DNA of 63,809 bases, counting the filler, from Circinaria calcarea (taxonomy: Eukaryota), in assembly GCA_051942165.1 (NCBI GenBank). It is 29 parts of 29 records of this genome, joined end to end, with 100 filler letters (N's around TTAATTAATTAA, not from the genome) between each part and the next. Parts side by side here need not be neighbours in the genome. Positions count along the whole stretch, not along the records: positions 1 to 2,117 come from JAVECS010003866.1; positions 2,218 to 4,333 come from JAVECS010003867.1; positions 4,434 to 6,546 come from JAVECS010003868.1; positions 6,647 to 8,759 come from JAVECS010003869.1; positions 8,860 to 10,972 come from JAVECS010003870.1; 24 more parts are not named here. One strand, 5' to 3'. The notes under the pieces are model-generated. The model had not been told where the DNA came from. It ran no database searches and saw only the letters and a program-made list of their open reading frames with translations. Within the stretch, counting starts at the first letter, position 1; every line of letters begins with the position of its first letter. Positions 1-10,972 of the stretch are shown one piece after another. The position numbers and the translations under genes are program-made.

Positions 1-2
1 CT

Positions 3-509
3 CTCTCTTCCACCACCACCACCGCCGCCACCACTTCTTCTTCAACCACTACCACCACCACCTCCACCATCCCCGGCTTCACCAATCCCGGCAACCCTAC
101 CCACCCTACCGTCTGGTTCGCAACCGCCACCAACTGGGTCATCTACTTTTCCAACCACAGCATAACCTTTAGCACCACCTTCTTCACTACCACATATATT
201 CACATCTCCAGCACGCAATTCGTCTTTACGGGCCAGAGCTACCCGACAACGGCACTGTGCGAGAACCTGACCTGTTACACAAATACTTTGAGGTTTAACA
301 ATCCACCGCCGAAGACGGCGACAACGACAACGACGAGCACCGCAGAAGAGGTATTCACGGGGCAAGGGGTTGTGGGGAAGGAATTTCCGACGTATGTGGT
401 CGAGTTGGGGGAGTCGGGGGCTCGTAGCTGGGGAAAGGCGGAAGCGTGGGTTTGGGGAACGGGCGTCATGCTTTTTGGTTTGCTATTTGTACAGATGGGA
501 TTGCAATGA
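3..509 (+). CDS. Ser/Thr-rich putative cell-surface (possibly GPI-anchored) protein, 3' part
   Basis: Frame is open from the contig start (LSSTTTTAATTSSS...) to TGA at 509. It is Thr-rich and ends in a hydrophobic C-terminus (WVWGTGVMLFGLLFVQMGLQ*). Confidence 0.55.
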   Translation, partial: LSSTTTTAATTSSSTTTTTTSTIPGFTNPGNPTHPTVWFATATNWVIYFSNHSITFSTTFFTTTYIHISSTQFVFTGQSYPTTALCENLTCYTNTLRFNNPPPKTATTTTTSTAEEVFTGQGVVGKEFPTYVVELGESGARSWGKAEAWVWGTGVMLFGLLFVQMGLQ

Positions 510-2117
510 TGTTTAGACCTGCTTTCGACAATGCTTTATTTCACAATAGACGCGGCTTCCGTACCTCACGGGTATTGGAATGCGTCCTCCCATTAGTCTG
601 GATGTACTCTTGTTGTATCAAAGATATCCCGGAAAATGCACGTTCGCGTCCAACCAGGTCAGTCTACCTTTCATCGATAGACTAATGTGCCTACCCTTTT
701 TCCTATACGCCCTTCAATATCCTTTTCCCCTCTCTCTCCATCTATCCACCCCCAACTGCTTGTGTTTGCTCCAACCATCTCCCCATCCCTCCTCCTAGCA
801 CCTCAAAAGGCAATCAACCGACAAACAATGGCACGCACATCATGTACAGTTCCGTCTGCGGTCTTCGAGTCCTCCCCTTCCTCGAAAGAAGAATATAAAA
901 GGCCCCGGCCTTTTTTCGCTCCTGGCCCTCGAACCGGAAACATCTCTCCATTCAAGATTCTCAGAACGGAAAAAAAAATCCCCGCTGGTATCTATCTATC
1001 TTGCGTGTTTCACAATGTCCTCCTTCTATTCCCGCCAAGAAACTACCATTACCATCTTCGAGACGCAGATGCAGATGCAGACGCAGACGCAGACCAGTTG
1101 CTTTTCTTCTTACTCCTCAGTGTTCCACGCGTCCGAGTTGGTGGTTTGGGAGACGTGTGACGAGTGGGGAGTTGTGGTGACTACGGTTTGGGTCGAGGAG
1201 GTCTGGGTCGAGTATACATGCTTTTTGCAATGATGGATATGGAGTTTTGTGGTGAGTGGAGGGGGTGGCGGTTTGTGGGAAGGAAAGGAAGGGGGTTGGG
1301 TGCCGAAGACTTGTTTCTGGGGTTCTGAGGCAGGGGATGGCGGTGAAGAAGGCTGGGTACGGGATGGATGGGTACGCTGGCAGTCTGGATTTCCTACCAG
1401 CCACAGCGCGGGTACGACCTTGAAGCGAAGAAGAAATCGCACAAGAGGACCGTGGTACGATTATCTCAGCAAGGTATGCCGAGCCACAGCCATCAGGTTC
1501 CCAATTTTCTCAAAACATGGACTAAAGACTCACAGGAAACCCTCTCCCTTTCCCCCGACCCAACCCAACTTCTACCACCACCACCACTCAGCTATGGAAC
1601 CACCCATTCACCTCCAGCCCAGTCTCTCGAGGAGACCCGGCTCTCTCTCTCTCTCAACTTTCTCCACATCCCCACACCTCACCCCTCGCATCCGCCTTAC
1701 CATTCCCCGCCAACCAAAAAGACTCACTCTCTAACGTCCTCAATTCGTTCTCCTCCCCTTTCTCCCCTTCTCTCCCCTCTCCACGTCAGCCTCGCCTCCT
1801 ACATTCCGATGAAAACGCACGCACGCACGCACGCACAACTCGATACTAGCATTTACCTATTGAGATCCAGAACCCCCAACCCCCGACGCTATATCTCACG
1901 TCCTTTATTTTGAACGCCCACATTTAAATCCGCGAATTTTGGTACCAGGGAAGCAAGATACGGACGTGCGGAAGTGGGGGAAGTTGTTTCTTCATTTGCA
2001 CGGTTGTCTTCGCTGGGGGTTTTGGAGGGAGTTTTTTTTAGGCATGCCAGGAGGGGGGAAGAGAGCGGTTCGGTCTCTAAATGGTGAGGGAGGGGTGGTT
2101 GCTGAGGGGGTTTCTTG

Positions 2118-2217
2118 NNNNNNNNNNNNNNNNNNNNNNNNNNNNNNNNNNNNNNNNNNNNTTAATTAATTAANNNNNNNNNNNNNNNNNNNNNNNNNNN
2201 NNNNNNNNNNNNNNNNN
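2118..2217. other. Artificial contig spacer (N44-TTAATTAATTAA-N44); first of 28 identical spacers
   Basis: The same 100-bp unit starts at 2118, 4334, 6547, 8760, 10973, 13184, 15393, 17602, 19808, 22014, 24219, 26424, 28628, 30832, 33035, 35237, 37439, 39639, 41839, 44039, 46239, 48437, 50634, 52831, 55028, 57225, 59420 and 61615. TTAATTAATTAA gives stops in all six frames. Contig lengths never increase along the window. Confidence 0.99.
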
Positions 2218-3327
2218 AATAAGCCATAGAAGTCGGAGAACGGATAGGAGAAGCTGCATTACTTCTCGCAGGAGCAGTCTCTACTATTTCGTTTCGACCA
2301 TCAAGCTGTACTCGCCCATATAATGCTGATGCATCCAATGCACTCTGCGGATAGGAACCTCAGACCTCGATGCACCTGAGTAGAGTGCGTATGAAAAGCG
2401 TACCCTCAGACGAAGTCCTCAAAGAATCATAGCGCTTTGATGGAATGCTTATTGACTCAGAATACTCATCCGAAGGAAAGCTCGTGAACTTAAAACACTC
2501 GAATAATCCTCCCAGGGACTCGATACGCTCAGACGAGATACTGCTAAACCCCATGTACTCCTCCGATGTAGCCTGCTCAACAGAAGAGAGCGGCAGAACC
2601 CATCGTCCTATTCGCAGTACAGATGACCGCCACGATCCCATCCTAGGCTCGAGTCTATCTACAAAAAAGATGAAATACACGTGACAAAGAATAAGACCTG
2701 ACGAGGAAGCAGTGTGGCTCAATGGGTCTTTGTTTATGAAAAGTCCAAGGACGAAGAGGATGGAGCGCGGAAGCTGGCTGATCACGGCCACATGGTTAAA
2801 GCCGCCGCTGGCAACCCGAAATAAGAAGAAGATGATAATACAAGTTGAAATACGGTAGATTCCTCCTGTTGCTGTGGGTAATACTTAATTGGGCCTAGTG
2901 TATTACTGGTAGAGTATATCTCTGCCAGCAGAGCGTAGCTAATTAGACAACTTTTAATGCAATAGTGGTTCCACCAGTAGGTCGGGTAGTAGACTCTCAC
3001 TCAATATCTTTCAATTATACATCCTCTATGATAACGGAGGTGTGCCCTGAAACGAAGCGGAAGGGGTTTACTTCGGCGCGAGATTCGTACTCTGGCCTCT
3101 TTTTCGGCGTGAAAGGGTTTAGTTTTTCGCTCGATTGGCACTAGTTTCTCGCTCGAATAGGAAGAAAATTTATTGCATTCAGCGTGATATTTTATGCATT
3201 GCGTTTAACACGCGAAACAGACTTCTTCATGCTGGATGCTATATTATATATTATATTGGTGTAATATACTTTTCGTTAAATAAGATGTTCCCTCTTTATC
3301 TGATTTTCGGAGGAATCGCTTGAGGGG

Positions 3328-3570
3328 TGTTATGGCTGTCAGCACCATACTACGGGAGGTTAGCTCCCGAACTGGGTAACCTCGAACCCGGTTGCTCAGC
3401 AAGGTGAGTAGGACAGGTTGCTCAGCATGCTCATGGAGGTGAGCAAGGTGAGCAACGTATTATATCGGCAGGCTATTCCCGCGCTTTAGAATAGCATGTT
3501 TATAGACACCAACAACTGGGGCAATAATCGATACCCCATTACGTTCCAGGTAATCGTGCACACCGGAGTG
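3328..3570 (+). mobile_element. LTR-like dispersed repeat, copy 1
   Basis: Starts TGTTATGG directly after a short purine tract (GAGGGG) and contains a TATA-like motif and TGAGCA repeats. 3328-3348 and 3436-3506 align to the reverse complement of 48803-48822 and 48656-48727. The right boundary is uncertain. Confidence 0.5.
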
Positions 3571-3591
3571 ATTTTATCCCCTTGTACAAGT

Positions 3592-4333
3592 CTAGCCTAT
3601 CCTAGCACCCTTACAAGACTCTTGATCATTCCCTTTAAAAGCCTCCGAACCGAGCATAGCCTTTAGTTTAGATTTATCTAAAATCATCGACTCAATCTTA
3701 TTTCTTTCTGCTATTAGCTTAATCGTCTTAATTTTATTGCTAAACTGCCTAACCCGATAGACCCGGAAATTCGCCTGAAGCTCGACACCTGCGCGCCAAA
3801 ATAACTCGATTAATATAACGAATCGAGACCGGACTAAGTCTATACCCTTACCCATGATATCCGTAATCGAGACAAGAAATCGAGAGTTTTTATCGGGGTA
3901 TAATAAACTGCTATCGGGCCCTGTCGCTTCTTCGAACATTAGGCGCATATACTCGCGCTCATCGGTGGTGTACCCTGAATGGACGAGTACGACCTACTCT
4001 GCCCTATAACATTACTCGAGGCATTATATTCATATTAGGAACTCCACATAAAGACCATTAATAACCGTACTTACTACTTACCGAAAAAAACTAAGGTATA
4101 TAAAATTGAGAAATTCCGATAAAAAGACTGCTTTTTTCTGTTCTGCCGATATTATTCTTCTCCCAACTATTAATCCACTCTCTTATACGCTGAGATTTAT
4201 CGAAGAACGCAGCGATTCTCCGAACCATTTTTGTGGAAGATACAAGTAGGATCAAGGTAAAAGTCCTTTCCGGGTTGAAAATTATCCTTGGTTAGGGTAA
4301 ATCGCTCCTTGTTAGGCGTTTCTGCGGATTGAG
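3592..4333 (-). pseudogene. Decayed SNF2-like (SF2) helicase C-terminal domain, RIP-like relic
   Basis: ORF 3592-3948 contains GKGIDLVRSRFVILIELFWRAGVELQANFRVYRVRQ, matching the SNF2 motif V/VI pattern GxGLNL..A..VIL.E..W....E.QA..R..R.GQ with substitutions. Upstream sequence is TpA-rich and has no long open frame. Confidence 0.6.
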
Positions 4334-4807
4334 NNNNNNNNNNNNNNNNNNNNNNNNNNNNNNNNNNNNNNNNNNNNTTAATTAATTAANNNNNNNNNNN
4401 NNNNNNNNNNNNNNNNNNNNNNNNNNNNNNNNNGGGATATAGGATGTAGGATGGGGATGGGGATAGATAATCCGGACTTTTTTGAAAAAGCTCTGGTCCC
4501 TTTAGGCTCGTGCTCTTGCGGGGTTGCTCTTGCAAGAGGACGTCGACATAGGGGAGGGGTTTTCTTTCTCCTACCCAGAGTCCCCCCTTCGCGAGCAAGT
4601 CTCAGGAAGTACCATTCGCCATTCGCCATTCGCCATTTGTCGACAGACACGAGTATACGGAGGGCGTGTGCGTCATGTCATGTGGGATTTAGCAAGTTTA
4701 AAAATAATAATATCAATCTATTTCGAGAAGGAAAAATCCCTAGAAAAATTCTATCAAAAACCCCCACATGTCTAACCTATCTATCGCGCCCCTCTGCCAT
4801 GTCTAAT

Positions 4808-6043
4808 CTATTGCCCTGCCCCTGCCCCTGCCACGCCAGCCGTCCGTTGTTCCGCTTCCGCCTCCTCCCGTCGACTGCGAATGACGCGATCGCACCAGGC
4901 GCACCAGCTCCGGACCTCGCCTCGGTACTCCTTGCCCATGAAGTCGACGCCCTCTTCTTTATCCGGCGCGAGCAAGGCCCCGTGCGGCGTCGTCATGCGC
5001 CTGCCTCGATTGACTTGCTCGTAGTATTCCTCTTCTCCCGACGCCTCCGAGGCGGCCGAGGATGAGGACAAAGAGCCAAGCCAACTCGGCGGGCGAGACG
5101 TCCGGGCGAGCAAGTTCGTCGACGGAGCCATCTCCGTCGGTTGGTCCTCATCGCGGAAGTGGGTCTTCGCGGCTGGACACCGCGTCCCGCGCCAGCAGCA
5201 GAGAGTGGCAGGCGGGAGCAAGTCCTGGGGGGAATTGCAGCTTTCGACTCGGTACAGGCCGATGGTGTCACCGATTCGGTCGTAGGTTTGCCAGATGTCC
5301 CCGTAGACCCGGTCGCGGTACTGCCACCAATCGGAGCAGAGTTGGCAGAGAAACTGCACTTCTCGGCATCGGCATTCTTCGACGTCTTGGGAGAGTGGGC
5401 CGGTCGCGCAGAGAGAACAGATGCGGCGGTGGCGACCTGCAAGTAGATTTTTCAGAGAGTCCGACACGGAGCAGCTCTGGTATCTTTTGTCAGCTCACGG
5501 GTTCAAGCACTCCAGGGAAAACCGGTACTGACTCGACAGATAATCTCGTCACATCTGATGCAGTTGCCTACTTTGCTTCTCACGCACCTTGCGCGCTCCT
5601 CAACTCGTAAGCCGACCAGGTCGATATCGAAAAACCCGGGACAGCTCGTTGTCAGGCTTGCGGATCCTCGTCCACGGGAAGTCAACGGTGTAGAAGGGCC
5701 AACTCCCCGTGGACCGTATCGCCACTCATACTTACAACGAAGAGTCTGGGTGGCTAAAACGTCGCTGGATTGCAAGATATCCAAACGGAATCGACGGCAG
5801 GTTTGCGCCAAGGCGGTAAGGGTATTCAGGTCGATAAAGGTAACTAGTCGCGAGATGATTCTATGAGGAGAAAATGAGGTCAGCTATCGAGGCTATACAA
5901 AAGTGAGGATTTTGATAAGCTTACGGGTATGCAGATAATCTTGTAAATAGGCTTTCTATGATGGCTGCCTGATCAATGAAAGGAGGCTGTCCATCTCGAC
6001 TCGAGCTTAAGGATTTGGCTCCATGTACATGTGGATCCGACAT
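4808..6043 (-). CDS. Conserved fungal F-box-like, Cys-rich hypothetical protein (3 exons)
   Basis: ATG at 6043 (MSDPH). An F-box-like segment (IISRLVTFIDLNTLTALAQTCRRFR) is followed by CxxC pairs and C-terminal RGEVRSWCAWCDRVI. GT-AG introns lie near 5865-5924 and 5478-5531. Confidence 0.65.
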
Positions 6044-6733
6044 AGTGAAGGTGGTTCGTCGAGGACCGACGGGTGAAGGAGAGGAGTAAGCTGCAGCACT
6101 ATTGAATGCAAGTATGTTAAGATATGTGTAACAGTAAGATGTAGAGCCATGGAACGGGGGAAACAAGGCTCTTTTAAAGGTAACAAGATTGACGAAACCA
6201 GAGGCGGAAGTCACGCTGGACGACGAAGCTGAGCAACAGATTGCCTTCATTTTTGGGAAGGAGAGCTCTTGCAATGAACACATAAGAAGAAGGTCCATCT
6301 TGAAGGGAGGCGGTGGGCGGGAACTCTGCCCAACTTCAGGAAAGAGGTGTTGCTATCCATTTTCTGTATTCCGTGGTATGGTACTATAGCATTAGTGGGC
6401 TCAACGTAGCGATATTCATGGCCCTTACCGACAAGATAGTCAGTTTTCCGTAGATTTCCTGGTAGAGGATATACTAGTATTAGACTTTTCGTAAAAGGTA
6501 TAGATCTTCAGTATTATACATTTCTAAGATAGGCAAGGAACCAAAANNNNNNNNNNNNNNNNNNNNNNNNNNNNNNNNNNNNNNNNNNNNTTAATTAATT
6601 AANNNNNNNNNNNNNNNNNNNNNNNNNNNNNNNNNNNNNNNNNNNNCAGACGGCCAGCAGGTCGCACAGGAACGCCGTTGATATCAGCCCCGTCCGTTTT
6701 TGAGCCTTTTCAATTCCTGACCTTTCCTTTACG

Positions 6734-8262
6734 ATGGCTTTCCTTCGCATACCTTCACGCCTCCGCCCTCTCACGCGTCTTGCGTCCACACGTCCCATTA
6801 CTACCACATCTAGCCCAGCTGCCAATGTCGCCACGGCAGTAAGGCATGAAGCCCCTAGTGGAGAAACACCTTTCTTTCCAGATGAGCCCAAAGCCCCTCG
6901 GATCAAGACAACCATCCCGGGCCCAGCAGGCAAGAAGGCCATTCAGGATTTGGACCGGCTTTTCGACACTAGAAGCGTGAACATGATAGCCAACTACCAG
7001 AATAGCTTTGGAAACTACATTGCGGATCTTGACGGAAACCTGCTACTGGATGTGTACGCACAGATAGCTTCGATGCCAATCGGGTACAGTAATCCATCAC
7101 TGCTTCACGCCGCTACGTCTCCAGAAATGGCCAGCGCCATGATCAATCGTCCTGCGCTCGGAAACTTTCCTCAACACGACTGGGCCTCTATCCTAGAGAC
7201 GGGAGTACTGAAAGTTGCACCTAAAGGCCTGAATCAGGTCTTTACCGCCATGGCCGGCTCCGACGCAAATGAGACAGCCTACAAAGCGGCATTCATGTGG
7301 CGCCGCCAACAAGAACGTGGAGGGCCAAATGTTGATTTTAGCGCCGATGATATAGCTTCTGCCATGAAGAACGAGTCCCCTGGCTCACCACAGCTTTCTA
7401 TCCTCTCTTTCAAATCCGCTTTCCATGGCCGCCTCTTCGGTAGTCTTAGCACAACAAGATCGAAACCAATTCACAAACTGGACATTCCCGCCTTCGATTG
7501 GCCTCAAGCCTCTTTCCCGCACCTCAAATATCCGCTTTCGGAGCATGCAGAAGAGAATACTCGCGAAGAACAGCGCTGTCTCGAAGAAACGGAGCAACTT
7601 ATCAAATCCTACCGCCACCCTGTCGCCGCCGTTGTCGTTGAGCCTATTCAATCTGAGGGCGGTGATAATCACGCCTCACCGGCATTCTTTCGCGGTTTAA
7701 GAGAAATCACAAAGCGGAACAACGTGCTGATGATTGTCGACGAGGTACAAACCGGTGTCGGCGCAACAGGCAAATTCTGGGCACACGATCATTGGGACAT
7801 GCCCGAACCACCGGACATGGTGACATTCTCTCTAAAAAAGCACAGACAGCAGGCTACTACTACGGAAACCCCGAGCTCCGACCAAACAAACCCTATCGTC
7901 AATTCAATACCTGGATGGGTGACCCAGCGCGCGCGATACTCTTCCGAGCCATCATTAATGAGATTGAGCGATTGAACTTGGTGCAGAACACCGCAGAAGT
8001 AGGCGAATACCTCTACTCCGGCCTAGAACGTCTAGCACAGCAGTACCCGCACGAGATTCAGAACCTAAGGGGAAAAGGCCAAGGTACGTTCATCGCATGG
8101 GATAGTCCGCGCCGGGATGAATTCCTGAAGAAAGCCAAGGGCGAAGGGATCAACATTGGTGGGAGTGGCGAGAGGGCGATTCGGTTAAGGCCGATGTTGA
8201 TTTTCCAGAGGCATCATGCGGATATCCTGCTCGAGGCGACGGAGAAGCTGGTCAAGGCTTGA
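6734..8262 (+). CDS. UGA1: 4-aminobutyrate (GABA) aminotransferase, mitochondrial-type; 2-bp frameshift at ~7832
   Basis: Class III PLP aminotransferase motifs GSDANETAYKAA, FHGRLFGSLSTTRSK, VEPIQSEGGD, IVDEVQTG and FNTWMGDP are present, with an Arg-rich presequence. ORFs 6734-7975 and 7792-8262 join at TFS/KK. Confidence 0.93.
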
Positions 8263-8679
8263 GAGTTTGCAAACTGAAGTATTAGAACGGGGGCTTGGAT
8301 GACGTTGGCAGACAATAGGAATAGGGGGTAGGTGGTAATCTGTCGGTAATCTTATTCCCTCTCACGAAATTATGTTGGGTTTTACGAAGTGACTGCCTTT
8401 CTTTTTTTGGTTGGGGGGGGAGGGTGGTATTTGGGATTGGGCTAGCTAGCATGTTGTCCGTATTCAAAAAAAGACAATACCTACCTATTGCCTGGTTTAA
8501 TTGACTAGATGGACCGAGTCATCTGTGTACGAGACCGGTCTCTCCTTTCGTCGCCCTCCTCCTCCTCAATCCCCACTTTTCTACTTTTATCTCCCGCTCT
8601 CATCCCGCTCCCATCCATCTCCATCCCAATCCCTACGGTATCCATCCTACTCGCCTTCCTGCCCACTCTTACTCGCCCT

Positions 8680-8759
8680 ATCCCAATTCCCAATTCCCCA
8701 TTCCCAATTCCCAATTCCCAATTCCCAATTCCCAATTCCCAATTCCCAATTCCCAATTC
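8680..8759 (+). repeat. (TTCCCAA)n heptamer microsatellite running into the contig end
   Basis: About 11 tandem copies are directly visible, with one variant unit. Confidence 0.95.
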
Positions 8760-8859
8760 NNNNNNNNNNNNNNNNNNNNNNNNNNNNNNNNNNNNNNNNN
8801 NNNTTAATTAATTAANNNNNNNNNNNNNNNNNNNNNNNNNNNNNNNNNNNNNNNNNNNN

Positions 8860-9870
8860 ACCTCGATTTTCGAGTGGCTCTTTGCCATCACCGGCTAACC
8901 CAGGGTAATAACGTAAGAAGACATGTCCCCTTTCCCCAGTTGGTGATTGAAAACCAAGCTGCGGAAAGGTGTACTCAAAGATATCGCGGAGAAGATAAAC
9001 CCCCTGGCTGCTTTCAGTGGCACCCGCAGCTGCAATTGTGAATGTAGCATCTGAATAGATCCGTCCCATCATAGCAGCTTGCCTTTCCCAGTCCTCCTTG
9101 CTGTCTTGGATTATGCATAGTGCGTCAATCCATAGATATCGGATGTGGAGCTTTCTAGTAATAGTTATAGCATCTCGCAAAGTCTTTGGTAATGCGGACA
9201 TAGGAACTGCAGACTGCTTCGCAATAATGCTCTGCTCGGTAAGCTTAAAGTCTGCTGCGTCGTCACCCCAGCAGTAACTGAGTGCTGCATACTCGCCACG
9301 CATACCCGGATGGGTTATAAGCAGAAAAGGCTCTTGTGAACTAACATCCAGGACTCGGGTTGGGAAAGGGACGGTAGCTGTTGAAGAGCAGTACCGATGG
9401 CTTGTCCGACATTCAAACAGCCATTGCCGAGCAAGTTTATGTACGATTTCGGATTCCGGGTTTGGGTCGATTGGTCGGCTCAGAACCCACTGCGCTGCAG
9501 GATCACCTGGAAGTAATTAGTGCTCTAAAGGGGCGTTGTATTGGAAAGGCTGTATGTAGGCGTTACCCGGTTCAGCATATAGACCGTCGACTCGACCTTC
9601 GAAGTAGTAATTGTATTCCCCTCCATTATGCTGGAAATTAATTCTGATTGAAGGTGTGATGCTGCTGAATTCACAAATAATACGATTTAGTTGTTTTCCG
9701 GAAGTTCTCCTGTACTCTTCCCGCGTGGCCCTCTGAATGATTTTGCAGAAATCGCATCCTATAGCAGCGGTAGCCTCTAGGGATGAATAGCTGTATTCTC
9801 TGATTCTGACGTGTTCAGGATTATTTGGGATGTAGATTAATGTGATTGCAGTACACTGAGCGCACAGCAT
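8860..9870 (-). CDS. HET-domain (heterokaryon incompatibility) protein, 5' part
   Basis: Motifs PTRVLDV, YAALSYCWG, LPKTLRDAI, YLWIDALCIIQDS, MGRIYSDA and EPLENRG. One intron near 9508-9567. Truncated by the contig end. Confidence 0.93.
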
Positions 9871-10370
9871 TGTGAGAACAGGTACGAGATTTAGAGCTTT
9901 AGGCCTATCTTAAAGGGTAGATTGTAATGTGCAATGTAGACTTGCGAATGACCTCAGCGGCATGCACGGAACGCAATAAGAATAAGAAATAGTTGAATCA
10001 GACAAACTAAAGGAAATCATAGTCGTGGGGGTATGAAAGATGGTTGGATCCTAGGCGAGACATATTCCAACAACTTTTACGTCTTTTCTATGCGCCTCTG
10101 TTTTGTACTTGGATATATTGCAGATGGGCCGTCTCAAAAACACTGTGATCGGGTATTCTAAGGCAGAGACGTGAATTGCACACGCGGGGAGATACTGGTG
10201 CGAAGAGAACAGGGGAGCTGAGGTGGTCTAGAAATGGGAGATCCTGCGTCATGTGTACATGTATAGAACTATGCTGGTGTGATACCAAGCTCCATTCCTT
10301 AAGGTACAGTTGCTTCGACGAAAGACCACCCAATCCCTGGACTCCATATCCCTATTGTCCCACATCAATG

Positions 10371-10972
10371 TCACGGATTGCTTCCTTCCTTTCCCTCCTT
10401 CCCAGGCCCACCCCTATCCCCATCATCCCCTTTTTTCTTCCCCCAATTCCAGACCTCCCAGATCTGATCCATAATCAGCCCCTGATAGCCCTTTCCATTC
10501 GCCAGGGCCTCCCTTTCCTCTTTCAGTCTCTGTTCCTTCCACCCTTCCCCTTCCCCGCCCATCCATAACTTCCTGCCGATTCCTTTGATGCCCGTATCCT
10601 CATTCCGGCTTGACTGCGCCGCCGAAGGATCCGAGGGAGAGGGATGCAAGGAATCAGCACGCGCACCCTCTATCCCTTGCCCACTCGGCTGCGCTCGGAG
10701 CAACTTCTCCCTCTCCAATCTCTCCTTCACGTTTCTCGCCCTTTCCGTCGGTAATCCCTGCCACCGAAATGCATCCACCTGCTGTAGGATTCCCTTGCCA
10801 CTCCTCTCCCGGACAATATGGTTGGCACTGGCGACCCACGCCGTGCCGAGGGAGAAGGTGTAGAAGTCTAGTTTTCGGGGCGGGAGGACGAGGAGGACAG
10901 GGCAGGCGAGGAGGAGAGTGTAGGAGAGGGTGCGGGTGGCGGATTCGTAAGAGGCGGTGGAAGAAGGGTTGG
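10371..10972 (-). CDS. Conserved fungal hypothetical protein, 3' part
   Basis: Open frame with LPPRKLDFYT...GLPTERA...KLWMGGEGEGWKEQRLKEEREAL...IMDQIWEVWNWG, a pattern I recognise from ascomycete hypothetical proteins. Confidence 0.65.

Noticed and set aside
687..2117. Several overlapping ORFs and a possible snRNA near 1370-1510
   Set aside because: Low-complexity Pro/Gly-rich frames with no family motif, and no U1/U2/U4/U5 signature or proper Sm site.
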